DNA from: an uncultured Methanosarcinales archaeon
GTDB taxonomy: Archaea > Nanobdellota > Nanobdellia > Woesearchaeales > ARS49
NCBI GenBank assembly: GCA_964445485.1
Contig: CAYUPS010000002.1
Location: forward strand, 38,055-102,054
Direction of reading: 5' to 3'
Length of the DNA stretch: 64,000 nucleotides
In this document: positions 37,262-47,725 of the stretch, one piece after another
Position numbering within the stretch: position 1 is the stretch's first letter
Layout of the letters: every line of letters starts with the position of its first letter
Translations under genes and position numbers: made by a program
Notes under the pieces: generated by a model
The model's input: only the letters and a program-made list of their open reading frames with translations
The model's database searches: none
Told to the model about the DNA's origin: nothing

Positions 37262-40200
37262 ATGGCTGCCGAGAATCACGAGGACGAGCTCAAGCTCCCC
37301 GACATCAAAGGCTGGTTCTCGAACTGGGGCAAGAAGAGCGACGAAAAACCGCACGCGGAGCACAAACCCCACGCCAAAGCGCATGAGAAGGCTCCGAGCG
37401 ATGACGAAGAGATCAGCATCGACTGGAGCCGCATCAAATCATTCTTCACAGGCATGTTCAGCGGCGCGAAGAAGACCGCCAGCCAGGACAAGGAAGACAG
37501 CATAGACTGGCAGTCCCTCAAATCATTCGCCGTCCGCAACGCCACTCTTCTCATCCTCATCGCGCTCCTCGTGATGCAATTCGTCCCAAACGACGGCATG
37601 TGGCCCTGGGGCGGCGTGTGGATGCGCGCGCAAGGCAAAGACCTGCCGATCACCAACGACTGGGCGCGCGATACCGTCCACAACTCCATCCGCTCGCAGC
37701 TGCGCGGAAGCATCGCTGACCAATACCCTCACCTGCCCGACGCAAACAAGAACACCCTCGTCGAAGAGCAGCTCCAGCAGATACTCTCCCAGCAGCAGGC
37801 GAGCGTCGACACGCAGATCGAAGCGACAGCAGGCTACTTCCGGAGCAGGTTCCAGTACGAAGAAGGCGGCAGGAGCTATCCCTACATGCCCGACATCGAC
37901 CCATATGTCTATGTCCGGTACGCCAAGAACTATCTCGCGCACGGCTACATCGGCGACGAGATGACCGCCGACGGCCGCCAGATCGACAACCACCAGTTCG
38001 CGCCCCTCGGCAATGAGATCACCGGCAAGACGCTCCATCCCTACGTGCTCGCCTACATCCACAAGATCGCTTCCGTCCTCTCCCCCGGCATCCCTCTGTT
38101 CCAGAGCACGGCGTACATGCCGCTGATCTTCATGCTCCTCGCCATGATACCTGCGTTCTTCATAGCCCGCAGGTACGGCGGCAACCTCGCAGGCGTCATC
38201 GCCGCCACCGCGCTCATCGTCCATCCCGCTCTCACCGGCCGCACGGTCTGGGGCCACGCGGACACCGACTCCTACGTCATCTTCTTCCCGCTCATGATCG
38301 TCTGGCTCTTCCTCGAATCCTACGACCAGAAAGAACAGTGGAAACGGCTCGGCCTCGGCGCGCTCGCCGGCTTCTTCGTCGGCATGTTCGCCTTCTCCTG
38401 GGGCGGCTGGTGGTACATCTTCGACTTCATCATCGGCGTCATCGCTCTCCACTTCGCCTGGCGACTCTACCAACACCGCAAGCACATCACCGCCTACCTC
38501 AAAGGAGAGGAGACAAAAACAATCCTCATGGCGGTCGGCGCGTTCATCCTCGCCGCAGGACTCTTCGTCACGCTCTTCGCCAGCTTCGAATCGTTCTGGA
38601 GCGCGCCCACTTCGCCGCTGCGCTTCCGCGTCTTCAAGGCAGCCGCGCACGCCACCCTCTGGCCCAACGTGTATACGACTGTCGCAGAGCTCAACCCCAT
38701 CAGCGTCCAGGGAGTCATCAACCAGTTCGGCACGCTCCCCATGCTGCTCGCCGCTCTCGGCGCATTCGGCAGCATGTTCCTCCCGAACAAGAGCGGGAAG
38801 AAAGACGTCCGTTTCGGCATCCTCCTCATCCTCTGGTTCCTCGCGACCCTGTATGCCAGCACGCAGGGCATCCGCTTCGTCATGCTCATGGTGCCCGCCT
38901 ACGCGCTCGCATTCGGCACGTTCTGGGGCATCATCGACGGACCCGTCGCGGTCTGGGCCAAGAAGCACCTGAGCATCCCCCGCGTCGCCACGACACTCAT
39001 CATCATCGCCATCACTCTCTTCTTCCTCATGGGCCCCGTGCGAGGATCGTACGGCCAGGGAAGGGGAGACATCCCGATCATCAATGACGCATGGTGGACG
39101 TCGCTCACCGCGATCAAGGACAACAGCAGCAGCGACGCCATCATCACGTCCTGGTGGGATTTCGGCCACCACTTCAAGTACATCGCCGACCGCCCCGTGA
39201 CATTCGACGGCGGCTCGCAAAACACACCCATCGCGCACTGGGTCGGCAAGCTGCTCCTCACAGACGATGAGAAGCTCTCGGCAGGCATTCTGCGCATGCT
39301 CGACTGCGGCAGCAACATGGCGTTCAACAAGACGGCAGAGGTCGAACGCAATCCCACCAAAGCTGTCGCGCTCCTCTACCTCATCGTCAAGCAGGACCGC
39401 GCTGACGCGAAGAAGACGCTTCTCTCCAAAGGGTTCAGCGACGGCCAGGCAGACGCAGTCCTTGAGTACTCACACTGCGACGCGCCCGAAGGCTTCCTCA
39501 TCACCAGCGACGACATGGTGGGCAAGAGCGGCGTATGGGGCCACTTCGGCAGCTGGGACTTCCTCCGTGCGGACCTGTGGAACAATGTACGCCACATGGG
39601 CAGCGCGCAAGCGATCGAATACCTGCAGCGCGAGTACAACATGAGCGCCGCGATGGCCGAATCAAGCTATTTCGAAGCCAAGTCGATCCTCAATGAAGGC
39701 GAAGCCAACACGTGGATCGCCCCCTGGCCCAGCTTCGCCACCGGCGTGAGCGGCTGCCAGGTCGTCAACACCACGACCATCCAGTGCGACAACGGCCTCG
39801 TCGTCGACGGTGACAATGTCCTGATCAGGACCGCGCAAGGCCAAGGCACCCCGCAGGGCCTCGCCTACATCGACAAGCGCGGCAAGTACAAATACCTCAA
39901 CATCAGCAATAGCACCACCAATGTCGAAGCGGCAATGTGGCCGACGAAAGACGGCTACGCGAGCTTCTTCGCCGCGGCGCCGATGGCGCGAAGCATGTTC
40001 GCCCGCCTCTTCTACATGGAAGGCCACGACCTGCGCTACTTCGACCACTTCCGCACCGAGCGCGAGATCACCGGCAACACCATCATCGTCTGGAAAGTCG
40101 ATTGGAACGGCAGCACGCAGAACATCATGAACTCCGTCCGCAAGCCGAGCAACGTCAGCGAGGGCGTCGAGGTGGAGGTCGATTACATCGGTTGGGTCGA

Positions 40201-40483
40201 CGGCGGCACCGTGTTCGACAGCAGCATCGAGAACTGGCAGGCGCAGGGCGTCACGAGCAACACGCCGATCCCCTCGACGGGCACGCGGCCCATCACATAT
40301 GTCGTCGGTGCGCGCAATGTCATCCCCGGCTTTGAGAGCCGCCTGATGAACGCGACCGTCGGCGAGACACGCACAATCCAAATCCCCGCAGAGGAAGCCT
40401 ACGGCACAGACCCAAGCACGCACCCGCTCGCCAACAGGACCCTGCACTTCAGGGTCAAGATCCGGGATCTGCGCGTAGCATGA
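37262..40483 (+). CDS. aglB: Oligosaccharyltransferase AglB/STT3 with in-frame C-terminal FKBP-type peptidyl-prolyl isomerase domain
   Basis: 13 TM N-terminal region, WWDFGH (WWDYG) motif, soluble C-terminal domain. Last about 110 aa read VEVDYIGWVDGGTVFDSS...VVGARNVIPGFESRLMNATVGETRTIQIPAEEAYG...TLHFRVKIRDL, which is the FKBP fold. Confidence 0.7.
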   Translation: MAAENHEDELKLPDIKGWFSNWGKKSDEKPHAEHKPHAKAHEKAPSDDEEISIDWSRIKSFFTGMFSGAKKTASQDKEDSIDWQSLKSFAVRNATLLILIALLVMQFVPNDGMWPWGGVWMRAQGKDLPITNDWARDTVHNSIRSQLRGSIADQYPHLPDANKNTLVEEQLQQILSQQQASVDTQIEATAGYFRSRFQYEEGGRSYPYMPDIDPYVYVRYAKNYLAHGYIGDEMTADGRQIDNHQFAPLGNEITGKTLHPYVLAYIHKIASVLSPGIPLFQSTAYMPLIFMLLAMIPAFFIARRYGGNLAGVIAATALIVHPALTGRTVWGHADTDSYVIFFPLMIVWLFLESYDQKEQWKRLGLGALAGFFVGMFAFSWGGWWYIFDFIIGVIALHFAWRLYQHRKHITAYLKGEETKTILMAVGAFILAAGLFVTLFASFESFWSAPTSPLRFRVFKAAAHATLWPNVYTTVAELNPISVQGVINQFGTLPMLLAALGAFGSMFLPNKSGKKDVRFGILLILWFLATLYASTQGIRFVMLMVPAYALAFGTFWGIIDGPVAVWAKKHLSIPRVATTLIIIAITLFFLMGPVRGSYGQGRGDIPIINDAWWTSLTAIKDNSSSDAIITSWWDFGHHFKYIADRPVTFDGGSQNTPIAHWVGKLLLTDDEKLSAGILRMLDCGSNMAFNKTAEVERNPTKAVALLYLIVKQDRADAKKTLLSKGFSDGQADAVLEYSHCDAPEGFLITSDDMVGKSGVWGHFGSWDFLRADLWNNVRHMGSAQAIEYLQREYNMSAAMAESSYFEAKSILNEGEANTWIAPWPSFATGVSGCQVVNTTTIQCDNGLVVDGDNVLIRTAQGQGTPQGLAYIDKRGKYKYLNISNSTTNVEAAMWPTKDGYASFFAAAPMARSMFARLFYMEGHDLRYFDHFRTEREITGNTIIVWKVDWNGSTQNIMNSVRKPSNVSEGVEVEVDYIGWVDGGTVFDSSIENWQAQGVTSNTPIPSTGTRPITYVVGARNVIPGFESRLMNATVGETRTIQIPAEEAYGTDPSTHPLANRTLHFRVKIRDLRVA

Positions 40484-42315
40484 GCACGACAGCACAGCAG
40501 TGGGTCCGCAACAGGCCGTGGCAGGATTGGGCCTTCGCGGCAGTCATCGTTCTCGCGATATCCTATTATGCTGGCGCTTTCGGCGCGTTCCAGCACCTGC
40601 CCGGCCCGCTCTTCGGCGGCGACATCTACTACCATTACGGGCACATCCTGCACATCTACGAATTCAACAATCCGATGAGCAGCTCCCACTATGCGGGAGA
40701 GTATGAGCATTACGCATGGTTCTCCCACCTGCTCGGCGCCATATTCGCGCGCATCACAGGAATGGAGCCGCTCAACGCAGCCATCTGGTTCGGGCCGCTC
40801 ATCGGCCTCGCAGGCATGCTCGTGATGTACCTGCTCGGACAGCGCTTCCTCGGCAACCGCGCGCTCGGCCTGCTGCTCGCCCTCTCCTGGCTGAGCATCG
40901 GCAGGATTCCTTCGCCGACGCCCACCGCCTTCGCGACGGCGCTGCTCAACCCTCTGCTGGTGCTCCTTGTCTACACCGCGCGAAGCAAACGAGAGACGCT
41001 CGCGGCAGGCGTTGTGTACGGCATCGCCGGCCTGTCCCATACCGTCAGTTTCCTCGGCGGCGCCATCTTCATCGGCATCGTCGCGATCCTCAGGACTCTC
41101 GAAGCGAGGAGGAACAATGAAGCGTGGACGCGGGCGCTGACTGCGCAGGCCAGATGGATCGGACTCATGGCGCTCGTCGCAGTCCCCATCGCGCTTCTAT
41201 ACTGGGGACCGCCCGCGCTGGTGTACCACGGCCACACGCCCAACAACTGGCAGGAATATACTGGTCGCGGCCTCGAAGGCCTCACCCCCGCATTCCTGTG
41301 GCAGAACTTCTGGGACACGCTCTGGGCATCACCAGCCGGCGAGCCGACAGGCATTCTCGGAGCTATTTTCGGCATCCTCCCTCACCCCGTCACGCTCCTC
41401 AACCTCCTCGCGCTCATCGGCTTTGGCGTCTCGGTTCTCCTGTGGCGCAAAAACGGCCTGCCGCTGCTCGTCATGCTCACAGGCCTCCTCGGCCTCGCGC
41501 ATCCCTGGCTGACGCTGCCGATCATCGGCACGTCCTTCGGCTATTACCGCTTCGGCATCTTCCTCTACCTCGCCCGGGCGCTCTTTGTCATCCTCGGCAT
41601 CGCCACGCTCTACAAGGCGGCGAAGAATCCGGGCGCCAGATGGGCAGTCACGCTCCTGAGCCTGCTCGTGCTCATCGCCGCCGCGAGCAGCGCATTCCAG
41701 GCATACGACCAGGACAGATGGGCGCAGGCAGGCCGGAATATCGACGGCGGCACCAAAGCGATCATCGACCTCGGTAATTTCGCGCGGGAGAACCTGCCGG
41801 CGGACTCCGTGGTCCTCGCGGCGCACGGCGAGAGCGCGTTCGCATTCAACGCCGCATCCGGCATGAAAGTCATGCACATGCGCATCACGCACGCGAGCCC
41901 GTTCGTCGACGCCAACATGCGCATCGCGGACGCGGCGATCATCCTCTACGGCAACGATACGCAGAAGAGGCAAGAGCTCATCCGCGAGTACGGCGTGACC
42001 CATATCTACGCTGATTTCTATTCGGCGCAGAGCATCAACAACTGCCTGGCTGCGTGGGACCGCTTTAACGACCCCTCCGCCGCCGATGCGTCCTATGACT
42101 GCCTCCGCGTGAGCAATACGTCGCTCGCGCCCTACCTGCGCAGGTACGGCATCGATACCAAGACCGTCCATGCGAGGATGGACATCGCCTCCAGCCTCGC
42201 GCCGACCTATGATCTCGTCATCATCAAGCCCACGAACGTGACGCTCCCTGCGCGGCAGGTGTCTCCCGCGAGCATCCCCGCGCCCGTCGCGCTCTACGCG
42301 CTCACCATCGGATAA
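40480..42315 (+). CDS. Polytopic membrane protein, putative GT-C-fold glycosyltransferase; ATGA-coupled to aglB
   Basis: About 12 TM helices in the N-terminal 400 aa, soluble C-terminal domain. No defined family match by eye. Confidence 0.4.
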   Translation: MSTTAQQWVRNRPWQDWAFAAVIVLAISYYAGAFGAFQHLPGPLFGGDIYYHYGHILHIYEFNNPMSSSHYAGEYEHYAWFSHLLGAIFARITGMEPLNAAIWFGPLIGLAGMLVMYLLGQRFLGNRALGLLLALSWLSIGRIPSPTPTAFATALLNPLLVLLVYTARSKRETLAAGVVYGIAGLSHTVSFLGGAIFIGIVAILRTLEARRNNEAWTRALTAQARWIGLMALVAVPIALLYWGPPALVYHGHTPNNWQEYTGRGLEGLTPAFLWQNFWDTLWASPAGEPTGILGAIFGILPHPVTLLNLLALIGFGVSVLLWRKNGLPLLVMLTGLLGLAHPWLTLPIIGTSFGYYRFGIFLYLARALFVILGIATLYKAAKNPGARWAVTLLSLLVLIAAASSAFQAYDQDRWAQAGRNIDGGTKAIIDLGNFARENLPADSVVLAAHGESAFAFNAASGMKVMHMRITHASPFVDANMRIADAAIILYGNDTQKRQELIREYGVTHIYADFYSAQSINNCLAAWDRFNDPSAADASYDCLRVSNTSLAPYLRRYGIDTKTVHARMDIASSLAPTYDLVIIKPTNVTLPARQVSPASIPAPVALYALTIG

Positions 42316-42347
42316 TATTTATAAACCGACACGGAAGGGAATGAGGC

Positions 42348-43022
42348 ATGCCGCACAAGCGCAACGTCATCGCCGCCATCCCCGCCTATAACGAAGCGAG
42401 CAGGATAGGGCCGGTCATCCGCAAGGCGCTTGAGCATGTGGATGAAGTCGTGGTCGTCGATGACCACTCACGCGACGATACACTGCGCGTCGCGACCGAC
42501 GCAGGGGCCACCGCAGTCAGGCTCGTCACCAACATGGGCGCGGGCTTCGCGACACGCGTGGCCTGCGACGCAGCAGTGCGCCATGGCGCGGATGTCATCG
42601 TCACCATCGATGCCGACGGCCAGCACGACCCCGCCGAGATCCCCCGCATCGTCAAGATGCTTGAGGACAGGAAGGTCGATGTGGTGTTCGGGGCCCGCCC
42701 GCGCGATGTCAACATGCCGCTCTTCAAACGCATCGGCAACGGCGGCCTCTCATTCATCTGCCGCATCCTCTTCGGCATCAGGATCACGGACTCACAGACG
42801 GGTTTCCATGCGTTCACGCCTGAGGGCTACCGCAAGATCAGATGGATATCCGACCGCTACGGCATGGTCTCCGAGATCGTGGCGAACGTTGCCCGCAACA
42901 AGGCATCGTACGCCGAGGCGCCCATCAAGACAATCTATGTCGGCAAGGTCGCAGGCATGGGCGTCAAAGACGCGATCAAGGCAGTGATGAGCATGATTTC
43001 CTGGAGGTTGCGCAGATGGTGA
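42348..43022 (+). CDS. GT2 glycosyltransferase (dolichyl/polyprenyl-phosphate sugar synthase, DPM1/GtrB-like)
   Basis: AAIPAYNE, VVVVDDHSRDDT, DADGQHDP (DxD region). Confidence 0.7.
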   Translation: MPHKRNVIAAIPAYNEASRIGPVIRKALEHVDEVVVVDDHSRDDTLRVATDAGATAVRLVTNMGAGFATRVACDAAVRHGADVIVTIDADGQHDPAEIPRIVKMLEDRKVDVVFGARPRDVNMPLFKRIGNGGLSFICRILFGIRITDSQTGFHAFTPEGYRKIRWISDRYGMVSEIVANVARNKASYAEAPIKTIYVGKVAGMGVKDAIKAVMSMISWRLRRW

Positions 43023-43369
43023 TGACAATCACGCAAGTCGTGGCACTGCTCTTCGGCGTCTTCATGCTGTTCATGACATGGCGGTTCTACCGCAAGCGCA
43101 GGCTGTCATGGGTCGAATTCGCCCTGTGGTTCTGCTTGTGGTGCGGACTTGTCGTCGCCATACTGCTCTTCAATACCATCGCGGCGTTCTCTCAGCAAGT
43201 GCTCGACGTCGAACCGTTCGACCTGTTCGTCCTCATCGGCATCTTCGCTCTGCTCGGCATCGCGTTCACCTTTCACAACCAGCTCAAGGTGCAGCAGAAG
43301 AAGATGAATGAGATGACCGAGGAATTGGCGAAGCGCGAACTTGACCATGGCACCCGCAAACATTCTTAG
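43016..43369 (+). CDS. DUF2304-like small membrane protein (GT2 partner)
   Basis: Three to four TM helices, overlaps the GT2 stop. Paralog of 48415..48753. Confidence 0.45.
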   Translation: MVMTITQVVALLFGVFMLFMTWRFYRKRRLSWVEFALWFCLWCGLVVAILLFNTIAAFSQQVLDVEPFDLFVLIGIFALLGIAFTFHNQLKVQQKKMNEMTEELAKRELDHGTRKHS

Positions 43370-44189
43370 CATCGACGTCGAAGAGTGGTTCCACTACGAG
43401 TACTTCCTCAGGCACGGCCCTCCGCAGCGTCCGCTGCTCGACAAAGTCATGCCGACGCTGCTCAAAATCCTCGCCGAGCGCAACACGCGGGCGACGTTCT
43501 TCTGCGTCGGCGAAGTCATGCGCGATGAGCCGCACATCATCGAGATGATACGCGATGAGGGCCATGAGATCGGCTCGCACAATTTCGTCCACAAACCGCT
43601 GTGGCAGTTCGAGAGCAAGGCAGCTATCGAGAAAGACCTGCTCAAATCAATCAAGATGACTAAGACGCTCACGGGCAAGAGACCACGAGGGTACAGAGCG
43701 CCGTACTTCAGCATCGATTCGCGCAATCCTTGGATGATGCAGCTCCTCTCCGATCTCGGATTCGACTACGACGCGAGCCTCTTCCCGCGCAAGACGCCGC
43801 TCTACGGAGCGCCTGAAGCGCCGCTCGGCGTGTACAAGCCCGCGATGAAGAGCATCTTCAAACACGACCCTGATGGAGAGCTCTGGGAATACCCCATGAG
43901 CGTCTATGGACCGCTACGCATCCCCTTCTCCGGAGGGTTCTACCTGCGCAGCATGCCTCTCCCTATCGCGAAATACATGCTACGCTCGCTCAACAAGAAG
44001 GGCCGGCAGGGCATCGTCTACTTCCATCCCTGGGAGATGCATGCTCCCGTGCCCAAGGTCGCGGGACTGAGCGCATTCGAGAAATTCGTGACGAATACAG
44101 GCGTTTCGACCCTCGGACGCAAACTCGCAAGCTTATTAAAGAGCTCGCGGTTTGGAGCGTTCGAAGAAGATCTCCTGGAGAGAACATGA
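43341..44189 (+). CDS. Polysaccharide deacetylase family (CE4) protein
   Basis: LSIDVEEWFH and TFFCVGEVMRDEPHIIEMIRDEGHEIGSHNFVH NodB-like motifs. Confidence 0.65.
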   Translation: MTMAPANILSIDVEEWFHYEYFLRHGPPQRPLLDKVMPTLLKILAERNTRATFFCVGEVMRDEPHIIEMIRDEGHEIGSHNFVHKPLWQFESKAAIEKDLLKSIKMTKTLTGKRPRGYRAPYFSIDSRNPWMMQLLSDLGFDYDASLFPRKTPLYGAPEAPLGVYKPAMKSIFKHDPDGELWEYPMSVYGPLRIPFSGGFYLRSMPLPIAKYMLRSLNKKGRQGIVYFHPWEMHAPVPKVAGLSAFEKFVTNTGVSTLGRKLASLLKSSRFGAFEEDLLERT

Positions 44190-45142
44190 CTCAAGAAACC
44201 TGCCTGGTCACCGGCGGCGCCGGCTTCATCGGCTCGCACCTGTGCGAGCGCCTCCTGCGCGACGGCTACAAGGTCGTCTGCCTCGATGACATGAGCACGG
44301 GCCAGGCCCATCATCTTGACGAGTGCAAAAAGAGCAGGCATTTCACTTTCATCAGGGGCGATGCCAATGATGCCAATGACCTCGCGTCCGCTTTTGCTCA
44401 GAAGCCGGATTTCGTCTTCCACTATGCCGCCCTTGTCGGCGTGCAGCGCACCATCGACAACCCGAACAAGGTTCTTGACGATGTGAATGGCATCAACAAG
44501 ATAATGGAGCTGTCTCGCGACGCGAAAGTCAAGCGCGCCATCTTCGCGTCATCCTCCGAAGTCTACGGTGAACCTGTTGAGCTGCCTGAGAAAGAGGACG
44601 GCCTCGTCAACCCCCGTATGCCTTATGCGGTCGTCAAATTGTACGGCGAGAAACGCTTCAAGGCTGCGTACGATCAGTATAAGGTGCCGACAGTCTCATT
44701 GCGCTTCTTCAACGTGTACGGTCCCCGCCAGGACGGCACGCCCTATGGCTTCGTCACGAGTATCTTCATCAAGCAGGTCCTGCAGGGCAAGAGGCCCACC
44801 ATCCTCGGCGACGGCACGGCCACACGGGACTTCGTCTACATCGATGACAATATCGAAGCTGCCCGGCTCGCCATGCACAATACCAACATGGTCGGACAGG
44901 TCATCAATGTCGGCAAAGGCGACCGCACCACGATCAAAGAGCTCGCAGAATCAGTCATCAAGGCTGCGGGCATGGAAGGCAAGCTCACGCCGGAATACCT
45001 GCCAGCGCGCCCGCACGACATCCTGCACCGCACACCCGACTGCACCAAGATCCAGAAACTCCTCGGCTTCAAGCCTCGCACCACTCTTGAGGAAGGCCTC
45101 AGCAAGACTCTCGCATGGTACAAGAGCCGCACGACCCCTTAA
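44186..45142 (+). CDS. NAD-dependent sugar-nucleotide epimerase/dehydratase, UDP-glucuronate decarboxylase (UXS)-like
   Basis: TGGAGFIGSHL, YAVVKLYGEK (YxxxK). ATGA overlap with the deacetylase gene. Confidence 0.65.
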   Translation: MTQETCLVTGGAGFIGSHLCERLLRDGYKVVCLDDMSTGQAHHLDECKKSRHFTFIRGDANDANDLASAFAQKPDFVFHYAALVGVQRTIDNPNKVLDDVNGINKIMELSRDAKVKRAIFASSSEVYGEPVELPEKEDGLVNPRMPYAVVKLYGEKRFKAAYDQYKVPTVSLRFFNVYGPRQDGTPYGFVTSIFIKQVLQGKRPTILGDGTATRDFVYIDDNIEAARLAMHNTNMVGQVINVGKGDRTTIKELAESVIKAAGMEGKLTPEYLPARPHDILHRTPDCTKIQKLLGFKPRTTLEEGLSKTLAWYKSRTTP

Positions 45143-46956
45143 AGGCATCGCACGCGCTGGGCATCTTCCTGGTCGTGAGCGCCGTATTCTTCTCCGCGTT
45201 CCTCGCATCAGGCGATTATTGGGGCGTCCGTGACTGGGGTTTCCACAATTACATGAACGCGGCGTCCCGCGAGATCCTCCTCACTTTCGGCCAGATACCC
45301 CTGTGGGATCCGTACCGCTGCGGCGGCAATGTTCTGCTCGCGCATCCGGAAGCACCCATTTTCGGCATCCCCTTCCTGCTCTTCCTGATCCTCAACAGCA
45401 CGCTCGCGTTCAAGCTTGGCCTCGTCATCGAAGCGGCGATCGGCATGCTCGGCATGTGGCTGCTCGCGAGACATCTCGGCGTGCGCGGCTGGTCATCCTT
45501 GCTCCCGCCGCTCATCGGCATCCTCAACTCCAGCATCTTCCTCTACAGCGCGGAGGGCAACTTCTGGGCGCGCGCCATAGTATGGTTCCCTTTCCTTATC
45601 TATTTCCTGCTCAAGTGCGAAGAAAGCAGGTTCTATGCTGTGCCGGCCGCGCTCAGTGTTCTCCTGATGCTGCTCGGCACGAACATCTACGCATTTGCAG
45701 TCGCGCTCTTCGCGATCGGTGCCTTCGCTCTCGCGGATTCGCTGCTGCGACGCAGATTGACCTACGTCAAGACCGCCGCGATCATCGTGGCGCTCATCAT
45801 CCTCCTCGGCGCTTTCAAGATCTTCCCGCTCGCCCACTACGCGCTCCAATTCCCCGAATACCGCGCTGACGGAGAGAGCGGCTATTCCTGGTCGTCGCTC
45901 ATGACTGGCCTGCTCGACCGCGACCAAGGCCCGTACGCTCCGCACCGCTTCCCCGACAACAGGTCATTCTACCATCACGGCGCTTACATCGGCTGGCTGC
46001 CGTTCCTCATCGGATTACTCGGTCTCGCGCTCTACTGGCGCAGGCAGATCCGGCTCAGCATAGTCTTCCTCCTGACAATGTTCCTCGCGTTCGGGAACAA
46101 CGCATTCCTCAACGTATACGCGATCATCAAGCTCACGCCGCCGTTCTCGGCGTTCCATGAGGCCACACGGTTCCTCCCGCTCGCGCTCGTGATCTTCGGC
46201 GTGTTCGCAGGTCTTGCGCTCTCGCGTTTCGAGAGGGTGCGCATCAGCATGGGCGGGAAAACCATGAGTGACGGACTGCGCACAGCGATCGTCCTCGGCA
46301 TCATCCTCATCGCCGCGGCAGACATGTATTTTGTCAACACGGCACAGATGGGCAAGGTATTCATCGCGCCGCCAATAGATCCTGGTGCGCGCGCAGCCGA
46401 CTTCGAGCAGGCGAACATGCCCTACGGCCCGAACCCGTGGCCCGACGGACAGCTCGCGCCTGTGCGAGACATGCTCTACTACAATGTGTGGGGCCACGGC
46501 ATGTACATCAACTTCCTGCGCGGCAGGGGAACACCCCGCGGCTACTGCCACGGCAACGTCGGCATGAACGCGACACCGCGGATTCTCGAGAACGGCAGCG
46601 AGAACGAGGCGTACCGCGGCGAGGTATACCTCTTGAGCGGCAATGGCACGGCGAGAGCCAGCTTCAGCCCGGAGAGGGTCACCATTGATGTCGGGGCCGA
46701 GGGTCCTGATCTGCTCATCCTCAACCAAAATTACTATGATGAGTGGCGCGTCGATGGCGGCACGGGCGCGTTGGAGTCGTACAACGGCCTTCTCGCAGTC
46801 CCTGTCGATGCGCAGACAAGAAGCGTGACCTTCTATTACTCGAAGAAGATCTTCCTCATAGGACTCCTGGTATCGGCCGCGACAGCCATCTGCCTCTGGC
46901 TGTGCTGGAAGAAGAGGGACGCGCTCGGGCAGAAGTTCTCCTGGTTCACCATCTGA
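45115..46956 (+). CDS. Large polytopic membrane protein (YfhO-like / GT-C-like) with C-terminal soluble domain
   Basis: About 13 TM helices then a beta-rich C-terminal domain and terminal TM. Confidence 0.4.
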   Translation: MVQEPHDPLKASHALGIFLVVSAVFFSAFLASGDYWGVRDWGFHNYMNAASREILLTFGQIPLWDPYRCGGNVLLAHPEAPIFGIPFLLFLILNSTLAFKLGLVIEAAIGMLGMWLLARHLGVRGWSSLLPPLIGILNSSIFLYSAEGNFWARAIVWFPFLIYFLLKCEESRFYAVPAALSVLLMLLGTNIYAFAVALFAIGAFALADSLLRRRLTYVKTAAIIVALIILLGAFKIFPLAHYALQFPEYRADGESGYSWSSLMTGLLDRDQGPYAPHRFPDNRSFYHHGAYIGWLPFLIGLLGLALYWRRQIRLSIVFLLTMFLAFGNNAFLNVYAIIKLTPPFSAFHEATRFLPLALVIFGVFAGLALSRFERVRISMGGKTMSDGLRTAIVLGIILIAAADMYFVNTAQMGKVFIAPPIDPGARAADFEQANMPYGPNPWPDGQLAPVRDMLYYNVWGHGMYINFLRGRGTPRGYCHGNVGMNATPRILENGSENEAYRGEVYLLSGNGTARASFSPERVTIDVGAEGPDLLILNQNYYDEWRVDGGTGALESYNGLLAVPVDAQTRSVTFYYSKKIFLIGLLVSAATAICLWLCWKKRDALGQKFSWFTI

Positions 46957-47647
46957 AAAGTGAGCGGGCGTAGAGCAGTATGTGCTTCATCTTGATCTTG
47001 CTCGTGCCGCCGGTGCGCAAGCCGAAATCATACAGGACCTCATCGACGCGTGTCTTGCGCGGGAGGAGTTTCAGATAGTCGAAGAGCACTTTGTATCCTT
47101 TCGGTTCGAATTTCCTCACATTGAGCGTGACGTATTTCTTGAACAGGTCCGTGCGCGCGGCGAAGAACCCCGACATGGTGTCCTTCGTCATGGCGCCGCC
47201 AATGAACAGCCGTATGCGGCCGAGCATGACCGCGGTCCAGCTCATGAGCTTGCGATGCCACGGCCACGGGACATGCACTTTATTGCGCCGTCCAACAACG
47301 ACCTGCGCGCCGGCGAGAAGGCGCTCGCGCAATTCCTTGATCTTCTCAGGGGGGTGCTGCATGTCGCCATCGATGACTGCGAAAAAAGGAGTCTTTGTCT
47401 TGAGCGCGGCATCCACGATGCTGATGGTCAGGCCGTGCACCTTCTCATTGCCCCGGTCCAAGAGATCGATGTGAGGGTGCTTCTTATGGTATTCGCGGAC
47501 TATCTCGCGCGTCCTGTCTTTTGAGCCGTCATCAGCGACGACGACATTGATGCGGGGATACAGCCTGAGGAGCAGGTCGAGGAGCTTACCGATGTTGGCC
47601 TCCTCGTTGAATGTCGGGATGATGACGGTCGTATCCTCGTACCCCAT
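46946..47647 (-). CDS. GT2 glycosyltransferase (polyprenyl-phosphate sugar synthase-like)
   Basis: VIIPTFNEE, VVADDGSKDRT, DGDMQHPP. Confidence 0.7.
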   Translation of the reverse strand: MGYEDTTVIIPTFNEEANIGKLLDLLLRLYPRINVVVADDGSKDRTREIVREYHKKHPHIDLLDRGNEKVHGLTISIVDAALKTKTPFFAVIDGDMQHPPEKIKELRERLLAGAQVVVGRRNKVHVPWPWHRKLMSWTAVMLGRIRLFIGGAMTKDTMSGFFAARTDLFKKYVTLNVRKFEPKGYKVLFDYLKLLPRKTRVDEVLYDFGLRTGGTSKIKMKHILLYARSLFRW

Positions 47648-47725
47648 GGCCGGACGGGAGATGCATAATCTTTATAAGGGTATCCCTGATAAGCCGAACC
47701 CTCCATATCGGGGGAGTCACGACGG

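Noticed and set aside
37523-39238. 571-aa minus-strand ORF and several Arg-rich plus-strand ORFs within aglB
   Set aside because: Antisense or off-frame to a gene with clear STT3 features (WWDFGH).
41329-42171. 280-aa minus-strand ORF inside the GT-C-like membrane protein gene
   Set aside because: Antisense to a 12-TM membrane protein gene that is ATGA-coupled to aglB.
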